Shown: positions 19,163 to 29,083, numbered from the stretch's first letter. The stretch: DNA of 64,000 nt from Candidatus Geothermocultor quzhuomuensis (GCA_015711795.1 JACVJC010000011.1:1019-65018); one strand, 5' to 3'. Numbers and translations are program-made. The notes: generated by a model not told the origin, from the letters alone.

Positions 19163-20773
19163 TTACTTATTTGTTCCTCGAGCTTTTTCAGTTATTATTT
19201 TAGCTTGAGACATTGCAGCTGATATTATTTCTTCCGCTACCTTTTTAGCTTTATCAATAATAGCATTAGCTTCTTTTTGAGCATCTTCTACTACTTTTAA
19301 GTCCCTTCCCCCGAGTTTATCTCTCTTAGCAGCAACCTCTTGCTCAAGTTTAATCTTTTGCTCAAAAAGGGTTTTTAGGCTAGTTTCAAGCTCGCTTTTT
19401 TGAGCAAGCAAGGCTTTGGTTTGTCTTTCAAGCTCAATGGTCTTTTGACTAAAACTCTGAAATTCCTTTTGAGCTATTTCCTTCTGCTTTAAAATTTCCT
19501 TTATTTCTTTCTCAACTTGAGACTTTTGAGCAAATGCACCATGCATTTCCTTTTCTGCTTCCGCTTTTTTAGCTAAAAATTGATGAATCTCTTCTTCAAC
19601 TTGATTTTTTTGTTCTAAAATTTTAGGCATTTCTCTTTCAATTAGCTCTTTTTGCTTAATCACTTCCTGAGCTGCTGTCACCTTTTCTTGGAGTTCATTA
19701 ACCTGAGCTTTTAGTTTCTCTAGCTTTTCCTCAGCCTCTCGAGTCTCTTCCTTTAAAGTTTCCTCTGCTCTCTTCTTAGCTTTCTCCTTAAGCTCCCAAA
19801 TACCTTGGATTTCTGCCTCAATTTTCGCTTTTTTCTTTACATCTTCCCTTAAAGCCTCTTCTAAGTTCTGCTTTTGAGCTGATAAATTTTCAATCTCTTT
19901 CTTAACTGTTTCTCTTTGGTGCGAAATTGCTTCTATTTCTTCGAGGGCATGGGCTCTCTTATTTAAAGTAGCTTGAAGGCTCTTTTCAGCTTCAAAACTT
20001 TTATCTTTAAGCGAATCGATCGTTTTTAGTATTTCCTCTCTTTGCTTTATTAAATTTTCTTGCTCCTTTAAGTAATGTTCTTTTTCATCAACCAAAGCTC
20101 TAAGATTTTTTTCCATTTCCTTTTTTTTCTCGATTAAATTTTGAAAATCTTTTTCTAACTCTTTTGCTCTCTCCTGATATGCTAACTCAGCTTCCTTTTG
20201 TGCTTTTTTCCTTAACCTATCAGTATCTGCCAATTCCTTCTCAAGCCCAGTTTTTTGGTCGGTTAAATTTTTAATCGTTTCTCCAATTTTTTCTTTCTCC
20301 TTGCTCAATGAATCAATTTCTTTCTTTACTTCATCTCTCTTAAGCTCAATAGCCTTTAATTCTTCCTCCAGTTGTTCTTTTTGAGCAGTCATTGTGTTAA
20401 TTATTTCTTCAATTTGAGCAAATGTATCTTGGGCAGCTGTTGCAGCTTCCCTTTGAGCTTCTTCTTTTTGCTTAATTAATTCCTCTAGTTCCTTGACAAT
20501 TTTTTCTCGCTTAGCTAATAGAGCCTCTCTTTCACTTAAAAACTTGTCTCTTTCTTCTTCTAAAAATTTTATCTCATCTTTTATCTTTTTCTGTTGAGCA
20601 AGAAGAGCAGCAGTTACCTCCGCTGGACTTTCTCTTTTTGATTCGGCTAATTTCTTTTCTAAATCTCTAACTAAAAGAACTACTTTATCGAGGAAAGCAT
20701 CGACTTCCTCAGTGCTGTAACCTCTTAAAGTGCGATTAAAAACAACCTCTTCAATATCTTTTCGACTAATCAT
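19163..20773 (-). CDS. DivIVA-domain protein with very long E/K-rich coiled coil
   Basis: N-terminal MISRKDIEEVVFNRTLRGYSTEEVDAFLDKV is the DivIVA N-domain signature. The remaining ~480 aa is heptad-repeat coiled coil. Confidence 0.7.
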   Translation of the reverse strand: MISRKDIEEVVFNRTLRGYSTEEVDAFLDKVVLLVRDLEKKLAESKRESPAEVTAALLAQQKKIKDEIKFLEEERDKFLSEREALLAKREKIVKELEELIKQKEEAQREAATAAQDTFAQIEEIINTMTAQKEQLEEELKAIELKRDEVKKEIDSLSKEKEKIGETIKNLTDQKTGLEKELADTDRLRKKAQKEAELAYQERAKELEKDFQNLIEKKKEMEKNLRALVDEKEHYLKEQENLIKQREEILKTIDSLKDKSFEAEKSLQATLNKRAHALEEIEAISHQRETVKKEIENLSAQKQNLEEALREDVKKKAKIEAEIQGIWELKEKAKKRAEETLKEETREAEEKLEKLKAQVNELQEKVTAAQEVIKQKELIEREMPKILEQKNQVEEEIHQFLAKKAEAEKEMHGAFAQKSQVEKEIKEILKQKEIAQKEFQSFSQKTIELERQTKALLAQKSELETSLKTLFEQKIKLEQEVAAKRDKLGGRDLKVVEDAQKEANAIIDKAKKVAEEIISAAMSQAKIITEKARGTNK

Positions 20774-20964
20774 TTTTAATCCTCAAATTTTTTCTTTAAA
20801 ATATTATATCGGCAAAATCTCCTTTAAACTTTAATTCCTTTTTAAATCATATCAAAAAATCCCTTTAATTGCGATCCAAAACCTTTTATCGCCTTATTCC
20901 ATTTCTTCTCATTTTATAATTTGAGGATTATAATATAAAATAAATATTATACGATTAGAAAGAG

Positions 20965-21735
20965 ATGAGAAAAATGAAGAAAAAGGTTACCACCGGTATT
21001 AAAGAGCTTGACAAAATGCTCTACGATGGAGTTTATGAACAAAGCGTAACTGCCCTCAATGGAGCTTCTGGGACTGGAAAAACCACTTTTGGAATGCAAT
21101 TTATTGTTGGTGGTATTAAGAAAAACGAACCAGGGATAATCGTTAGCTTTGAACAATTCCCTGAACAACTTTATCGTGATGCTTCCAGCTTCAAATGGGA
21201 TTTCAGGAAATATGAAAAAGAGGGAAAATTAAAAATTGTCTTTACTTCGCCAGAAGTTTTCCAAGCCGAACTTGAAAAAGAGAAGGGATTGATTGACCAA
21301 TATACTTTAGAAATAGGGGCTAAACGAATCTTAATTGACCCTGTTACTTACTTTCGTTATCTAGCTCAGGACAATGGAAGTTTAAGAATAACCTATAATC
21401 GCTTGGTAAATGGAATAAAAAGGTGTGGCTTAACTGGCTTTTTAACCTGTGAATTAGGTCAGTTTTACGGTGACAGTGGCCAAATTGATGAGGAATTAGC
21501 TTTTGTAGTTGATAATATCATCCTCCTCCGCTATGTTGAAATTGAATCACGGATTTATACTGCCCTAACCATCTTAAAGACAAGGGGTTCAAATCGAGCA
21601 AAAGATATTCGCCGCTATGAAATAACTCCTAAAGGAATTGAAATCCAAAAGATTTTTGAAGGTAGAGAAGGTCTTTTAACCGGTACTCCTAGAAGAACCT
21701 TTGCTGAAAGACTAGCTAAAGAGTTTGAGCTTTAA
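20965..21735 (+). CDS. Single-domain KaiC-like RecA-superfamily ATPase
   Basis: GIKELDKMLYDGVYEQSVTALNGASGTGKTTFGMQFIVGG (KaiC-type Walker A), a Walker-B-like RILIDPVT, and the KaiC C-terminal pattern ALTILKTRGSNRAKDIRRYEITPKGIEI. Confidence 0.7.
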   Translation: MRKMKKKVTTGIKELDKMLYDGVYEQSVTALNGASGTGKTTFGMQFIVGGIKKNEPGIIVSFEQFPEQLYRDASSFKWDFRKYEKEGKLKIVFTSPEVFQAELEKEKGLIDQYTLEIGAKRILIDPVTYFRYLAQDNGSLRITYNRLVNGIKRCGLTGFLTCELGQFYGDSGQIDEELAFVVDNIILLRYVEIESRIYTALTILKTRGSNRAKDIRRYEITPKGIEIQKIFEGREGLLTGTPRRTFAERLAKEFEL

Positions 21736-21746
21736 GCGAGAGATTA

Positions 21747-22439
21747 ATGTTAGACCTGATCCTTTCCCCACGGGCTATTTTAATTTATCATGTTTTTAGT
21801 GGATTTTTAAGTTCTCTTATTGTCCTTTTCTTTTTCCTCTCGTACTTAGAGAGCCGCGAAATTGGAAAAATATTCCTTGCTTTATCCTTTACTGCTTTTG
21901 CTTTACACTACATTTTGCATTCAATTCAAATTCTAACGAATGTAGCTGGAGTGGCACTCGACTTATCTGGCCGCTGGGTAGAAGCAGTTGGTTTGGTTCT
22001 TATAAGCTATGTAATTGTCAAGCAACTCGTTCAATCTGAAACCTTTTCTTCATGGTATTTAATTGGTTCTTTTGTTCTTACATCTCTTTTTGCTGTTGTT
22101 TGCTTTGCTACCGTTGATTTTAATATTCCTTCCTATAACCTTCATTGGACTGAGTTAGTTTGGTCAGTAGTTCAAGCAGTAGTTTTTGGCTTTTTAACAA
22201 TTCCCATTTTTTTATCTTGGTTAAAAATGCGTCAAGCCGGAATTGCTGCTTTCACTGTTGTTTTCTTTCTCTGGTCATTTTCCCGACTCCTCCACTTGAT
22301 AAACCACCTATTCTTTCAGTATAAGCTCAGATTGATTATAGCTAGTGAAAAAATGATAGAGCTCTTGGCTCTTTTTCTCCTTCTCGGTTATGCTCTCCAC
22401 CGCTTTTATTTAAAGGGTGAACCCAAACCAAAAACCTAA
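21747..22439 (+). CDS. Hypothetical polytopic membrane protein (6-7 TM), 11 nt downstream of the KaiC-like gene
   Basis: Hydrophobic profile. Tight linkage suggests an operon partner. Confidence 0.4.
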   Translation: MLDLILSPRAILIYHVFSGFLSSLIVLFFFLSYLESREIGKIFLALSFTAFALHYILHSIQILTNVAGVALDLSGRWVEAVGLVLISYVIVKQLVQSETFSSWYLIGSFVLTSLFAVVCFATVDFNIPSYNLHWTELVWSVVQAVVFGFLTIPIFLSWLKMRQAGIAAFTVVFFLWSFSRLLHLINHLFFQYKLRLIIASEKMIELLALFLLLGYALHRFYLKGEPKPKT

Positions 22440-22573
22440 CCAACAAAGAAGTCATCCCTATTTCCTGCTATTTCCTTCTTGCTCTTAGCTAATAACTAAA
22501 AGCTATTTTACTTTTCTCACCTTATCCCCTTTGCCTTAACCTATCTTACTTTTTATCCTTTTTATTCTAAACC

Positions 22574-23026
22574 CTACTTGAGAGTTTTGCCTCGTAAGTA
22601 AATCTCAGCAATGGGAGGGTTATAAAAAACCTCCAACCCGCTGGTAGGAGGGTAAACATCTATAATTGTTAGGCGAATCCATCCTTTCTCAAGCCTCTGT
22701 GGTAGATTAAGAAGATAAGCCTGAACCCCAGGGCGGTCTTCGAGATAAAGTTGAAACTTCCTTTCATTGGATAGTTCGAGAAGGAAAAGGCGAGGCCGAG
22801 GCACCAAATTCCAACCTTCTTTACTTCCTGCAACAACTTCAGTATTAGTAACTATCCCAACTCCAGCTAAAACAAGAACTTGGTCAAATTTGCTTTGAAT
22901 CCAGTCACCAATCCCGTAATTGGGAGCAGAACCAGACCAAACTGTTTCTAAATTATTATCAAATGCATTTATTGGTAAATATTTGCTTTCTTCCTCCGCA
23001 ATTTCAAGATGTGAAGATGATTTCAC
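22574..23026 (-). CDS. Hypothetical protein, possible discoidin/F5-8-type-C-like beta-sandwich
   Basis: FDNNLETVWSG...GDWIQ weakly resembles discoidin-domain signatures. It lies downstream of the Ser/Thr kinase gene. Confidence 0.3.
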   Translation of the reverse strand: MKSSSHLEIAEEESKYLPINAFDNNLETVWSGSAPNYGIGDWIQSKFDQVLVLAGVGIVTNTEVVAGSKEGWNLVPRPRLFLLELSNERKFQLYLEDRPGVQAYLLNLPQRLEKGWIRLTIIDVYPPTSGLEVFYNPPIAEIYLRGKTLK

Positions 23027-23149
23027 TTCCTTCGGAGAAACTGATTGAGCTGATAAAAATCTCGCAACTAATCTTTGAGGAATTGGCTTAAGAGTTATTA
23101 CGCCTTTTTCTTGAGGTTTCGCAACCAGATTTCTTGGTTCCTTTTCTCT

Positions 23150-24208
23150 TTAAGAAACTTCAAGTTCTTCCCTTAGCTTTTGCCTCAATGGTAAAACTGG
23201 TCCTTTTAACAATTTAAATAATCTTAGGGAGGGATAAAATATCCCGATAAAGAAAAGAAGTATGATAAAGGGAAGAAGGAGCCAATTTTTCCTTGAAGAT
23301 TTTTTGTTTTGAATTAAAAGTGGAATTGCCATCTCAGGTTCCAATTCTTTGGGTTGAATTGCTTGAGCTTCAAGCGATAAGGTCCTCTTTAAAGCTGAGA
23401 GGAGTTCCTTTTTCAGTTCATCAGTTGAAGAAAAACGGTCCTGAGGATTTTTACTCATTGCTTTTTTGATAACTTCTCCTACTTTTACTGGAACTTCAGG
23501 TTTAAGAAAATTTACTAGAGGTGGCTCTTCATTTAATATCTTGTAAATCATGGTAGTGACCGATTCAGCTTCAAAGGGATTTTTCCCCGTCAATATCTCG
23601 TAAAGAATTACCCCAACGGAAAATATATCAGAACTTCTGCTAATTTTTTCTCCTCTTACCTGTTCAGGTGACATATAGCCCGGGGAACCAATAACTGCTC
23701 CAGTTTTTGTCATCGTCGGGTCAGATAAAATGCGAGCAATGCCAAAGTCAGTTACTTTTAATCTTCCGTCTGGCAAAAGAAAAAGATTGTCAGGTTTAAG
23801 ATCACGATGGATAACACCTTTTTGGTGAGCATAATTTAAAGCATCACAAAGCTGTTCCATAATTTTAAAAGCTTTCTCAAGGGGAAAAGGACCTAACTCA
23901 AGAAGTTCTCTTAAGGTTTTTCCCTCTAAGTATTCCATTGCAATGTAATATTTCCCATTTTCTTCAGCAACATCATAAACAGTCACAATATTAGGGTGAG
24001 AAAGGTTGCCCGCAGCTTGAGCTTCTCTTAAGAAGCGTTTAATTCTATGTTCTCTTTCTTTTTCGGAAAGACTTAATGGAAGAAAAAGTTCTTTTAAAGC
24101 AACTTGGCGAGAGATTAGCTTGTCAAAAGCGAGATAAACGACTCCCATTGCCCTCCGCCCAATCTCTTTGATAATCTGGTACCTTTTTAAAATTATCCTT
24201 TCCTCCAT
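23150..24208 (-). CDS. Hanks-type Ser/Thr protein kinase with C-terminal TM segment
   Basis: GRRAMGVVYLA..ALK (subdomains I/II), HRDLKPDNLFL (VIb), VTDFGIAR (VII), GSPGYMSPEQ (VIII), C-terminal LLLPFIILLFFIGIFY TM. Confidence 0.85.
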   Translation of the reverse strand: MEERIILKRYQIIKEIGRRAMGVVYLAFDKLISRQVALKELFLPLSLSEKEREHRIKRFLREAQAAGNLSHPNIVTVYDVAEENGKYYIAMEYLEGKTLRELLELGPFPLEKAFKIMEQLCDALNYAHQKGVIHRDLKPDNLFLLPDGRLKVTDFGIARILSDPTMTKTGAVIGSPGYMSPEQVRGEKISRSSDIFSVGVILYEILTGKNPFEAESVTTMIYKILNEEPPLVNFLKPEVPVKVGEVIKKAMSKNPQDRFSSTDELKKELLSALKRTLSLEAQAIQPKELEPEMAIPLLIQNKKSSRKNWLLLPFIILLFFIGIFYPSLRLFKLLKGPVLPLRQKLREELEVS

Positions 24209-24340
24209 TTAAATCACCGATGTTTAACAAGATAATTTTATCAAATCAAATTTTTTCGGGTAAATTAACCAAAAAAACGAGCCATCTTTTAACATTTGTG
24301 ATTAAATTAATTTATAACTTACTAAACGCTAAAAATTTTA

Positions 24341-24390
24341 AAAGTTAATTTTGCCATCTCTTGGAAAAGTTAATTTTGCCATCTCTTGGA
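24341..24390 (+). repeat. Perfect tandem duplication (2 x 25 bp: AAAGTTAATTTTGCCATCTCTTGGA) immediately upstream of the IMPase start; second copy supplies the GGAGGTG RBS
   Basis: Direct read of the sequence at 24341-24365 and 24366-24390. Confidence 0.8.
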
Positions 24391-24396
24391 GGTGAA

Positions 24397-25188
24397 ATGG
24401 TGAAAAAAATAAAGGAAACTGCAATTAAAGCAGCTTTAATGGCTGGAAACAAACTTAAAGAAAAATTAACTTTAGTAAGTGAAGAGATTAAATACAAGGG
24501 AGTCGTTGATTTAGTAACCCAAGCTGATTTGGAATCTGAAAAAATAATTGTAGAAGAAATTAGTCATGCTTTCCCAAAACATGACTTTTTATCTGAAGAG
24601 GGAAGTGAAAAAAAGACAAATTCAACTTACCTCTGGCTTATTGACCCTCTAGATGGAACAACAAATTATGCTCATCGATACCCAATTTTCTCAGTCTCAA
24701 TTGCTCTTCAATTTGAAGGAGAAGTTATTTTAGGTGTTGTTTTCGACCCCAATCTTAATGAACTTTTTCTAGCTGAAAAAGGTGAAGGAGCTTTCTTGAA
24801 TGGCAAATTAATAAAAGTTTCCGATGTTGATTGTTTAAATAATAGCCTTTTAATAACAGGTTTTCCTTACTCTATTAGGGAAAAACCGGAACATATCTTT
24901 GATTACTTTAAGAATTTTACTTTGAAAGCTCAAGGGGTAAGAAGGTGTGGCTCAGCAGCTCTCGACCTTTGTTCAGTTGCTTCAGGAAGAATTGATGGTT
25001 TTTGGGAAGTTGGTTTAAAACCTTGGGATACCGCCGCTGGTAGCTTAATTCTCAAAGAAGCTGGGGGCACTTTAACTAAATTTGATGGTTCGCCTTTTGA
25101 TATTTTCTTTCCTCAAGTATTAGCAACCAATGGGAAGATTCACCAAGAAATGTTAGATGTCTTCAAAATCATTAATTCGGATAAATAA
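24397..25188 (+). CDS. Inositol monophosphatase family protein (SuhB/IMPase-like)
   Basis: WLIDPLDGTTNYAHRYPIFSVSIAL and WDTAAG motifs. The ATG at 24397 has a GGAGGTG SD. The ORF track starts at a TTG inside the repeat at 24361. Confidence 0.8.
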   Translation: MVKKIKETAIKAALMAGNKLKEKLTLVSEEIKYKGVVDLVTQADLESEKIIVEEISHAFPKHDFLSEEGSEKKTNSTYLWLIDPLDGTTNYAHRYPIFSVSIALQFEGEVILGVVFDPNLNELFLAEKGEGAFLNGKLIKVSDVDCLNNSLLITGFPYSIREKPEHIFDYFKNFTLKAQGVRRCGSAALDLCSVASGRIDGFWEVGLKPWDTAAGSLILKEAGGTLTKFDGSPFDIFFPQVLATNGKIHQEMLDVFKIINSDK

Positions 25189-25315
25189 GGTAAAGCTCTT
25201 AGCTTGCGATTTATGCATTGGAGAGTATTATCCTGCCTTTAAATAAGGACTGAAACAAGGAATATTTTAGATAGCCGCTAAAGATATCTCTCTAGCCCTC
25301 ACTACAATTTAAGGG

Positions 25316-25786
25316 CTAAGCCTTGCTTTCCTTGGGAGAAACCTGAGTTATTCTTCTAAGTTCTCGCTTGGGACGGCTAGGAATTTCCTCTTCCCAAGTA
25401 ACAATACTGTGGAAAAATTGTTTATCCCCTTCTTCAAGTCCGCGAGTAATTTCTGTTACATGAACAGTTTTCGCCTCAAACTCCTTTAAAGCATATTCAA
25501 CCGCATCATCAGGTAATGCACTATTCCCGCAAGTATAAATATCTAAAGCTACATATCTCTCTTCAGGCCAAGTGTGAACAGAGAGGTGAGATTCAGAAAT
25601 CACAACTACCCCACTAACACCATGAGGTTGAAAACGATGAAAAGAAATGGTCCAAACTTGAACATTTGCTTTTTCAGCTGCTTGAACTAAAATAGCTTCA
25701 ACTTTTGAAACTTTTCCAATGATATCAGGGTTACATCCCGAAGCCTCAACAATATAATGATGACCAATTGTGTCCATTCCCCTCAC
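25316..25786 (-). CDS. speH: S-adenosylmethionine decarboxylase proenzyme (pyruvoyl, class 1, short form)
   Basis: HHYIVEASGCNPD...VVISESHLSVHTWPE (Ser autoprocessing site)...ALDIYTCG. Confidence 0.8.
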   Translation of the reverse strand: MRGMDTIGHHYIVEASGCNPDIIGKVSKVEAILVQAAEKANVQVWTISFHRFQPHGVSGVVVISESHLSVHTWPEERYVALDIYTCGNSALPDDAVEYALKEFEAKTVHVTEITRGLEEGDKQFFHSIVTWEEEIPSRPKRELRRITQVSPKESKA

Positions 25787-25885
25787 CCCTTCATCACTAA
25801 AATTAATTAAAATTTATTTTATCACAATACCATATTCTTTCGATAAAAAATAGCTTAATAAAAGAAAAATTAAACATAGAAGATT

Positions 25886-26962
25886 TTATTCGGCTGACCT
25901 AAGAATGGGATAAGGGTCAATCGAATGACCACCGCCAGGATGAATTTCAAAATGGAGATGAGGGGCACCACCCCGAGCATTACCGGTATTTCCAACATAA
26001 CCAACTATCTGTCCAGCTCTAACTCGTGCTCCACTATAAATGTTAGAAGAATAACAACTTAAATGAGCGTAAAAATAAGTGTTACCGTCATCACCATGGA
26101 GATAAAGCATAATACCACCACTTCCCCCTTGGCTTGTTCTTACCACCCCATCGGTTGTTGCAACCAAAGGAGTCCCCTTAAGAGCAAAAATATCATTGCC
26201 TTGATGTCTATGACCCCGTCTCGGGGCACCATAGCTATCAGCAGTGGCATGAGCTCCTGCAACTGGGAAAACAAAATCACCAATTCGAAATCCTTGCCAA
26301 AATCGTGAGGGAATTTTTCTTCTCCGATGGTAACAAACAAGATAACCAGAGGCTTTAAGTTTCTCAAGAAGAGCTTTAGCCCACTTTAGCTTTTTCTCCA
26401 TTGTCCTTTGTTTCTTCTTCAAAAGTTTCACCTGATACTTATATCTAACTTTAGCTTTTTGGTAAGCAATTTTTTTCTTCTCAAGTTCTCTCTTTAAATT
26501 AAGAGCCACCACATAAAAATGAGCATCTTGAGCAGCTATCCGCCTTGCATAATCAAGCTGAATTAGGAAATCATTAAAGTCTTTACTTTTTAAAAGGACT
26601 TCCAGAAAATTAACCCCCCCATCTTGATAAAGAGACCTAACCCTTTTTAAAAGACTATTTTGATATAACTGAACTTTTCTTTCCTCTTCTTTAAGTTCAG
26701 CCTCTATTTGTCTTAAATCAACACTCAATTCTAAATACTTATCATAAGTGCGGGAATAGTCACGAGCTATTTTGTTTAAGCTTTTATTTAAGCTTTCAAT
26801 TTGGTAAGTAGCTCTTCTTATTGATTCTCTTCTTTTCTTATATGAAAGAGGAAAAACGCTATCGGAGAAAAAGAAAATTAATATAATTAAAAAAGAAACT
26901 ACCTTGAAAGCCTTTTGCTTCAAAGGTAAAATTTTCTTCACCACCACAACCAGTAGATTCAA
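25886..26962 (-). CDS. M23-family metalloendopeptidase with N-terminal coiled coil (EnvC/LytM-like murein hydrolase or activator)
   Basis: N-terminal TM and ~200 aa coiled coil. C-terminal HQGNDIFALKGTPLVATTDGVV...YVGNTGNARGGAPHLHFEI (HxxxD ... HxH M23 motifs). Confidence 0.8.
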   Translation of the reverse strand: MNLLVVVVKKILPLKQKAFKVVSFLIILIFFFSDSVFPLSYKKRRESIRRATYQIESLNKSLNKIARDYSRTYDKYLELSVDLRQIEAELKEEERKVQLYQNSLLKRVRSLYQDGGVNFLEVLLKSKDFNDFLIQLDYARRIAAQDAHFYVVALNLKRELEKKKIAYQKAKVRYKYQVKLLKKKQRTMEKKLKWAKALLEKLKASGYLVCYHRRRKIPSRFWQGFRIGDFVFPVAGAHATADSYGAPRRGHRHQGNDIFALKGTPLVATTDGVVRTSQGGSGGIMLYLHGDDGNTYFYAHLSCYSSNIYSGARVRAGQIVGYVGNTGNARGGAPHLHFEIHPGGGHSIDPYPILRSAE

Positions 26963-27113
26963 TTATTTAAAACATTACCATATCTAGTTTTGAGTGTCAA
27001 CTTAAACAAGAAAGGTTAAAACCCCAAGATTCAAAAATTAATATTTAGGTTCTTGAAAAAAGGAAATAATTAGATAAAATATTTTTTTAAAATAAAAACT
27101 TGAGGGGAAAGTT

Positions 27114-27383
27114 ATGCCAATCTATGAGTACCAATGTCAAAAATGCAAAAAAAAGTTTGAAATAATTCAAAGCCATCAGGAAGCTTTAAAGACTAAGTGT
27201 ATTTACTGTCATGGCCCTGTTAAGAAAGTTTTTCACCCAGTTGGAATTATCTTTAAAGGTTCCGGCTTTTATACAACAGATTATAAGAGAAGTGAGAAAA
27301 AAACAAATGAAGCCTCAACTCCAAAAAATCTCAAAGCCCAAGAAGGGAAAGAGCTTAAAAAAGAGGCGAGTCTTAATCAATAA
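27114..27383 (+). CDS. FmdB-family zinc-ribbon protein
   Basis: MPIYEYQCQKCKKKFEIIQSH....CIYCHGPV matches FmdB CxxC...CxxC. Confidence 0.6.
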   Translation: MPIYEYQCQKCKKKFEIIQSHQEALKTKCIYCHGPVKKVFHPVGIIFKGSGFYTTDYKRSEKKTNEASTPKNLKAQEGKELKKEASLNQ

Positions 27384-28788
27384 TTTTGCCGGGATTTAAA
27401 ATATTTTTAGGGTCAAAAACTCTTTTTATCTTCTTAATTAACTTGATTTCAGACTCACTGAGGGCCATCGGTAAAAACTTTTTCTTGTATAATCCTATCC
27501 CGTGCTCCCCTGAGATTGTCCCACCAAGAGAAATAGTTAATTTAAATATCTCACTAAGCACTTGAGAGTGAATATCTTTCCATTTTTTCTCACTCATATC
27601 TTTTCTTAAAATGTTAATATGGACATTACCATCGCCAACATGGCCAAAATTTACAATCGTTAAGTTATACCTTTCTCTAATCTCTTTTATTCCTTTAATT
27701 AAGTTAGGTAGCTCTTGTCGAGGAACAACCACATCCTCCTTAATGATTATGGGACTTTCAGCTTTTAATGCTTCTGGAATCATCCTTCGAGCTTCCCAAA
27801 GCCTTTCTTGGTCAAGTTGAGACTCCGCTATGAAAACATCAATTGCCCCGCTTTTAAAGCAAATTTCCCCGGTTGCTTCCAAATCAGCTAAAGTAGTCTC
27901 CCTGTTATTTCCATCAAGCTCAATAAACAAGTAAGCGTCTGCTTCAGGGTAAGGAAATTTTTTCTCTAAAAATCTTTGACAAGCTAAAATTCCTTCTCTT
28001 TCTAGAAACTCCACACTAGAAGGGATGACTCTTTCTTCGCAAATAATTTTATTAACACATTTGGAGGCAATTTCAATCGAATCAAAAAGAGCCAGTAACA
28101 CCATTCTCACTTTAGGAAGAGGAAGAAGTTTTAAAATCACTTGCGTTATTATCCCTAAAGTTCCTTCTGAACCAATGATTAAGTTTATCAAGTCATAACC
28201 TGTAACATTTTTAACTACTTTACCCCCTAACTTAACAATTTCACTAGTTGGAAGAACTACTTCAAGGCCGCAAACATAATCTTTGGTAACTCCGTATTTT
28301 AACGCCCGTGGACCGCCTGCACACTCAGCAATATTACCCCCAATGGTGCAACTATCAAGACTAGCTGGATCAACTGGATAAAAAAGTTCCCATTCTTCAA
28401 CAGCCCGCTGGAGTTCGCCCGTGATTACACCAGGCTCAACAATTGCCATTAAATTATCTGGGTCAATCTCTAATATTTTATTCATCTTCTCTAGTGATAA
28501 AATGATTCCGCCATAGAGAGGAACTGCTCCCCCGCTTAAACCAGTCCCTCCGCCTCTAGGAGTTACTGGAATTAATTCTTGATTAGCTAAAGCTAAAACT
28601 TGGGAAACCTCACTTGAAGAAGAAGCTTTAACCACAACTTCAGGAAAACTTTTGAACTCTAAAACCTCATCGTGGGAATAAGGTTCTAAACCATCCTGAT
28701 TAGTAATTATATTCTTTTTCCCAACTATTAATTTTAGCTTTCTTAAAATCTCTTGGTTGATTTTCTGATAAGCCAATAACCACCCCAA
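27373..28788 (-). CDS. FAD-linked oxidase (GlcD / D-lactate dehydrogenase-like, PCMH-type FAD-binding domain)
   Basis: 471 aa. The FAD_binding_4 region (VVKASSSSEVSQVLALANQELIPVTPRGGGTGLSGGAVP) and FAD-oxidase C-terminal domain are present. Confidence 0.8.
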   Translation of the reverse strand: MGWLLAYQKINQEILRKLKLIVGKKNIITNQDGLEPYSHDEVLEFKSFPEVVVKASSSSEVSQVLALANQELIPVTPRGGGTGLSGGAVPLYGGIILSLEKMNKILEIDPDNLMAIVEPGVITGELQRAVEEWELFYPVDPASLDSCTIGGNIAECAGGPRALKYGVTKDYVCGLEVVLPTSEIVKLGGKVVKNVTGYDLINLIIGSEGTLGIITQVILKLLPLPKVRMVLLALFDSIEIASKCVNKIICEERVIPSSVEFLEREGILACQRFLEKKFPYPEADAYLFIELDGNNRETTLADLEATGEICFKSGAIDVFIAESQLDQERLWEARRMIPEALKAESPIIIKEDVVVPRQELPNLIKGIKEIRERYNLTIVNFGHVGDGNVHINILRKDMSEKKWKDIHSQVLSEIFKLTISLGGTISGEHGIGLYKKKFLPMALSESEIKLIKKIKRVFDPKNILNPGKIID

Positions 28789-28825
28789 TGATTAAATTGT
28801 TTTTACTAATAAATTTTTGATTTCC

Positions 28826-29083
28826 TTAAAACAATTCATTTTTTTTAATTTTCTCCAAATAATCATTGATAAGTTTCCTTGCTTTTTTCTCGTCTTTCTG
28901 AAAAACAAGGATTTCTCCCCAAGCACCTTCAATGATAGTTCCTAAATTATCGTACCAAGGGATTTGATAAGAACGCAAAATCACTTTTAATCCTTTTCTC
29001 TCTAAATACCCTCGAATCATAAGGGCAGTGATTTCACTTGACGGAAAATAAATAACCACTAATTCTTTTTCTCTCTTCACCAA
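28826..29083 (-). CDS. Hypothetical small protein (85 aa)
   Basis: ORF only. It is the first of three consecutive small minus-strand ORFs. Confidence 0.3.
   Translation of the reverse strand: MVKREKELVVIYFPSSEITALMIRGYLERKGLKVILRSYQIPWYDNLGTIIEGAWGEILVFQKDEKKARKLINDYLEKIKKNELF

Noticed and set aside
19163-20773. Coiled-coil repeats in the DivIVA-like gene as a DNA tandem-repeat or CRISPR-like array
   Set aside because: The periodicity is at the protein heptad level (E/K-rich) without exact DNA direct repeats of fixed length, and no spacer structure is present.
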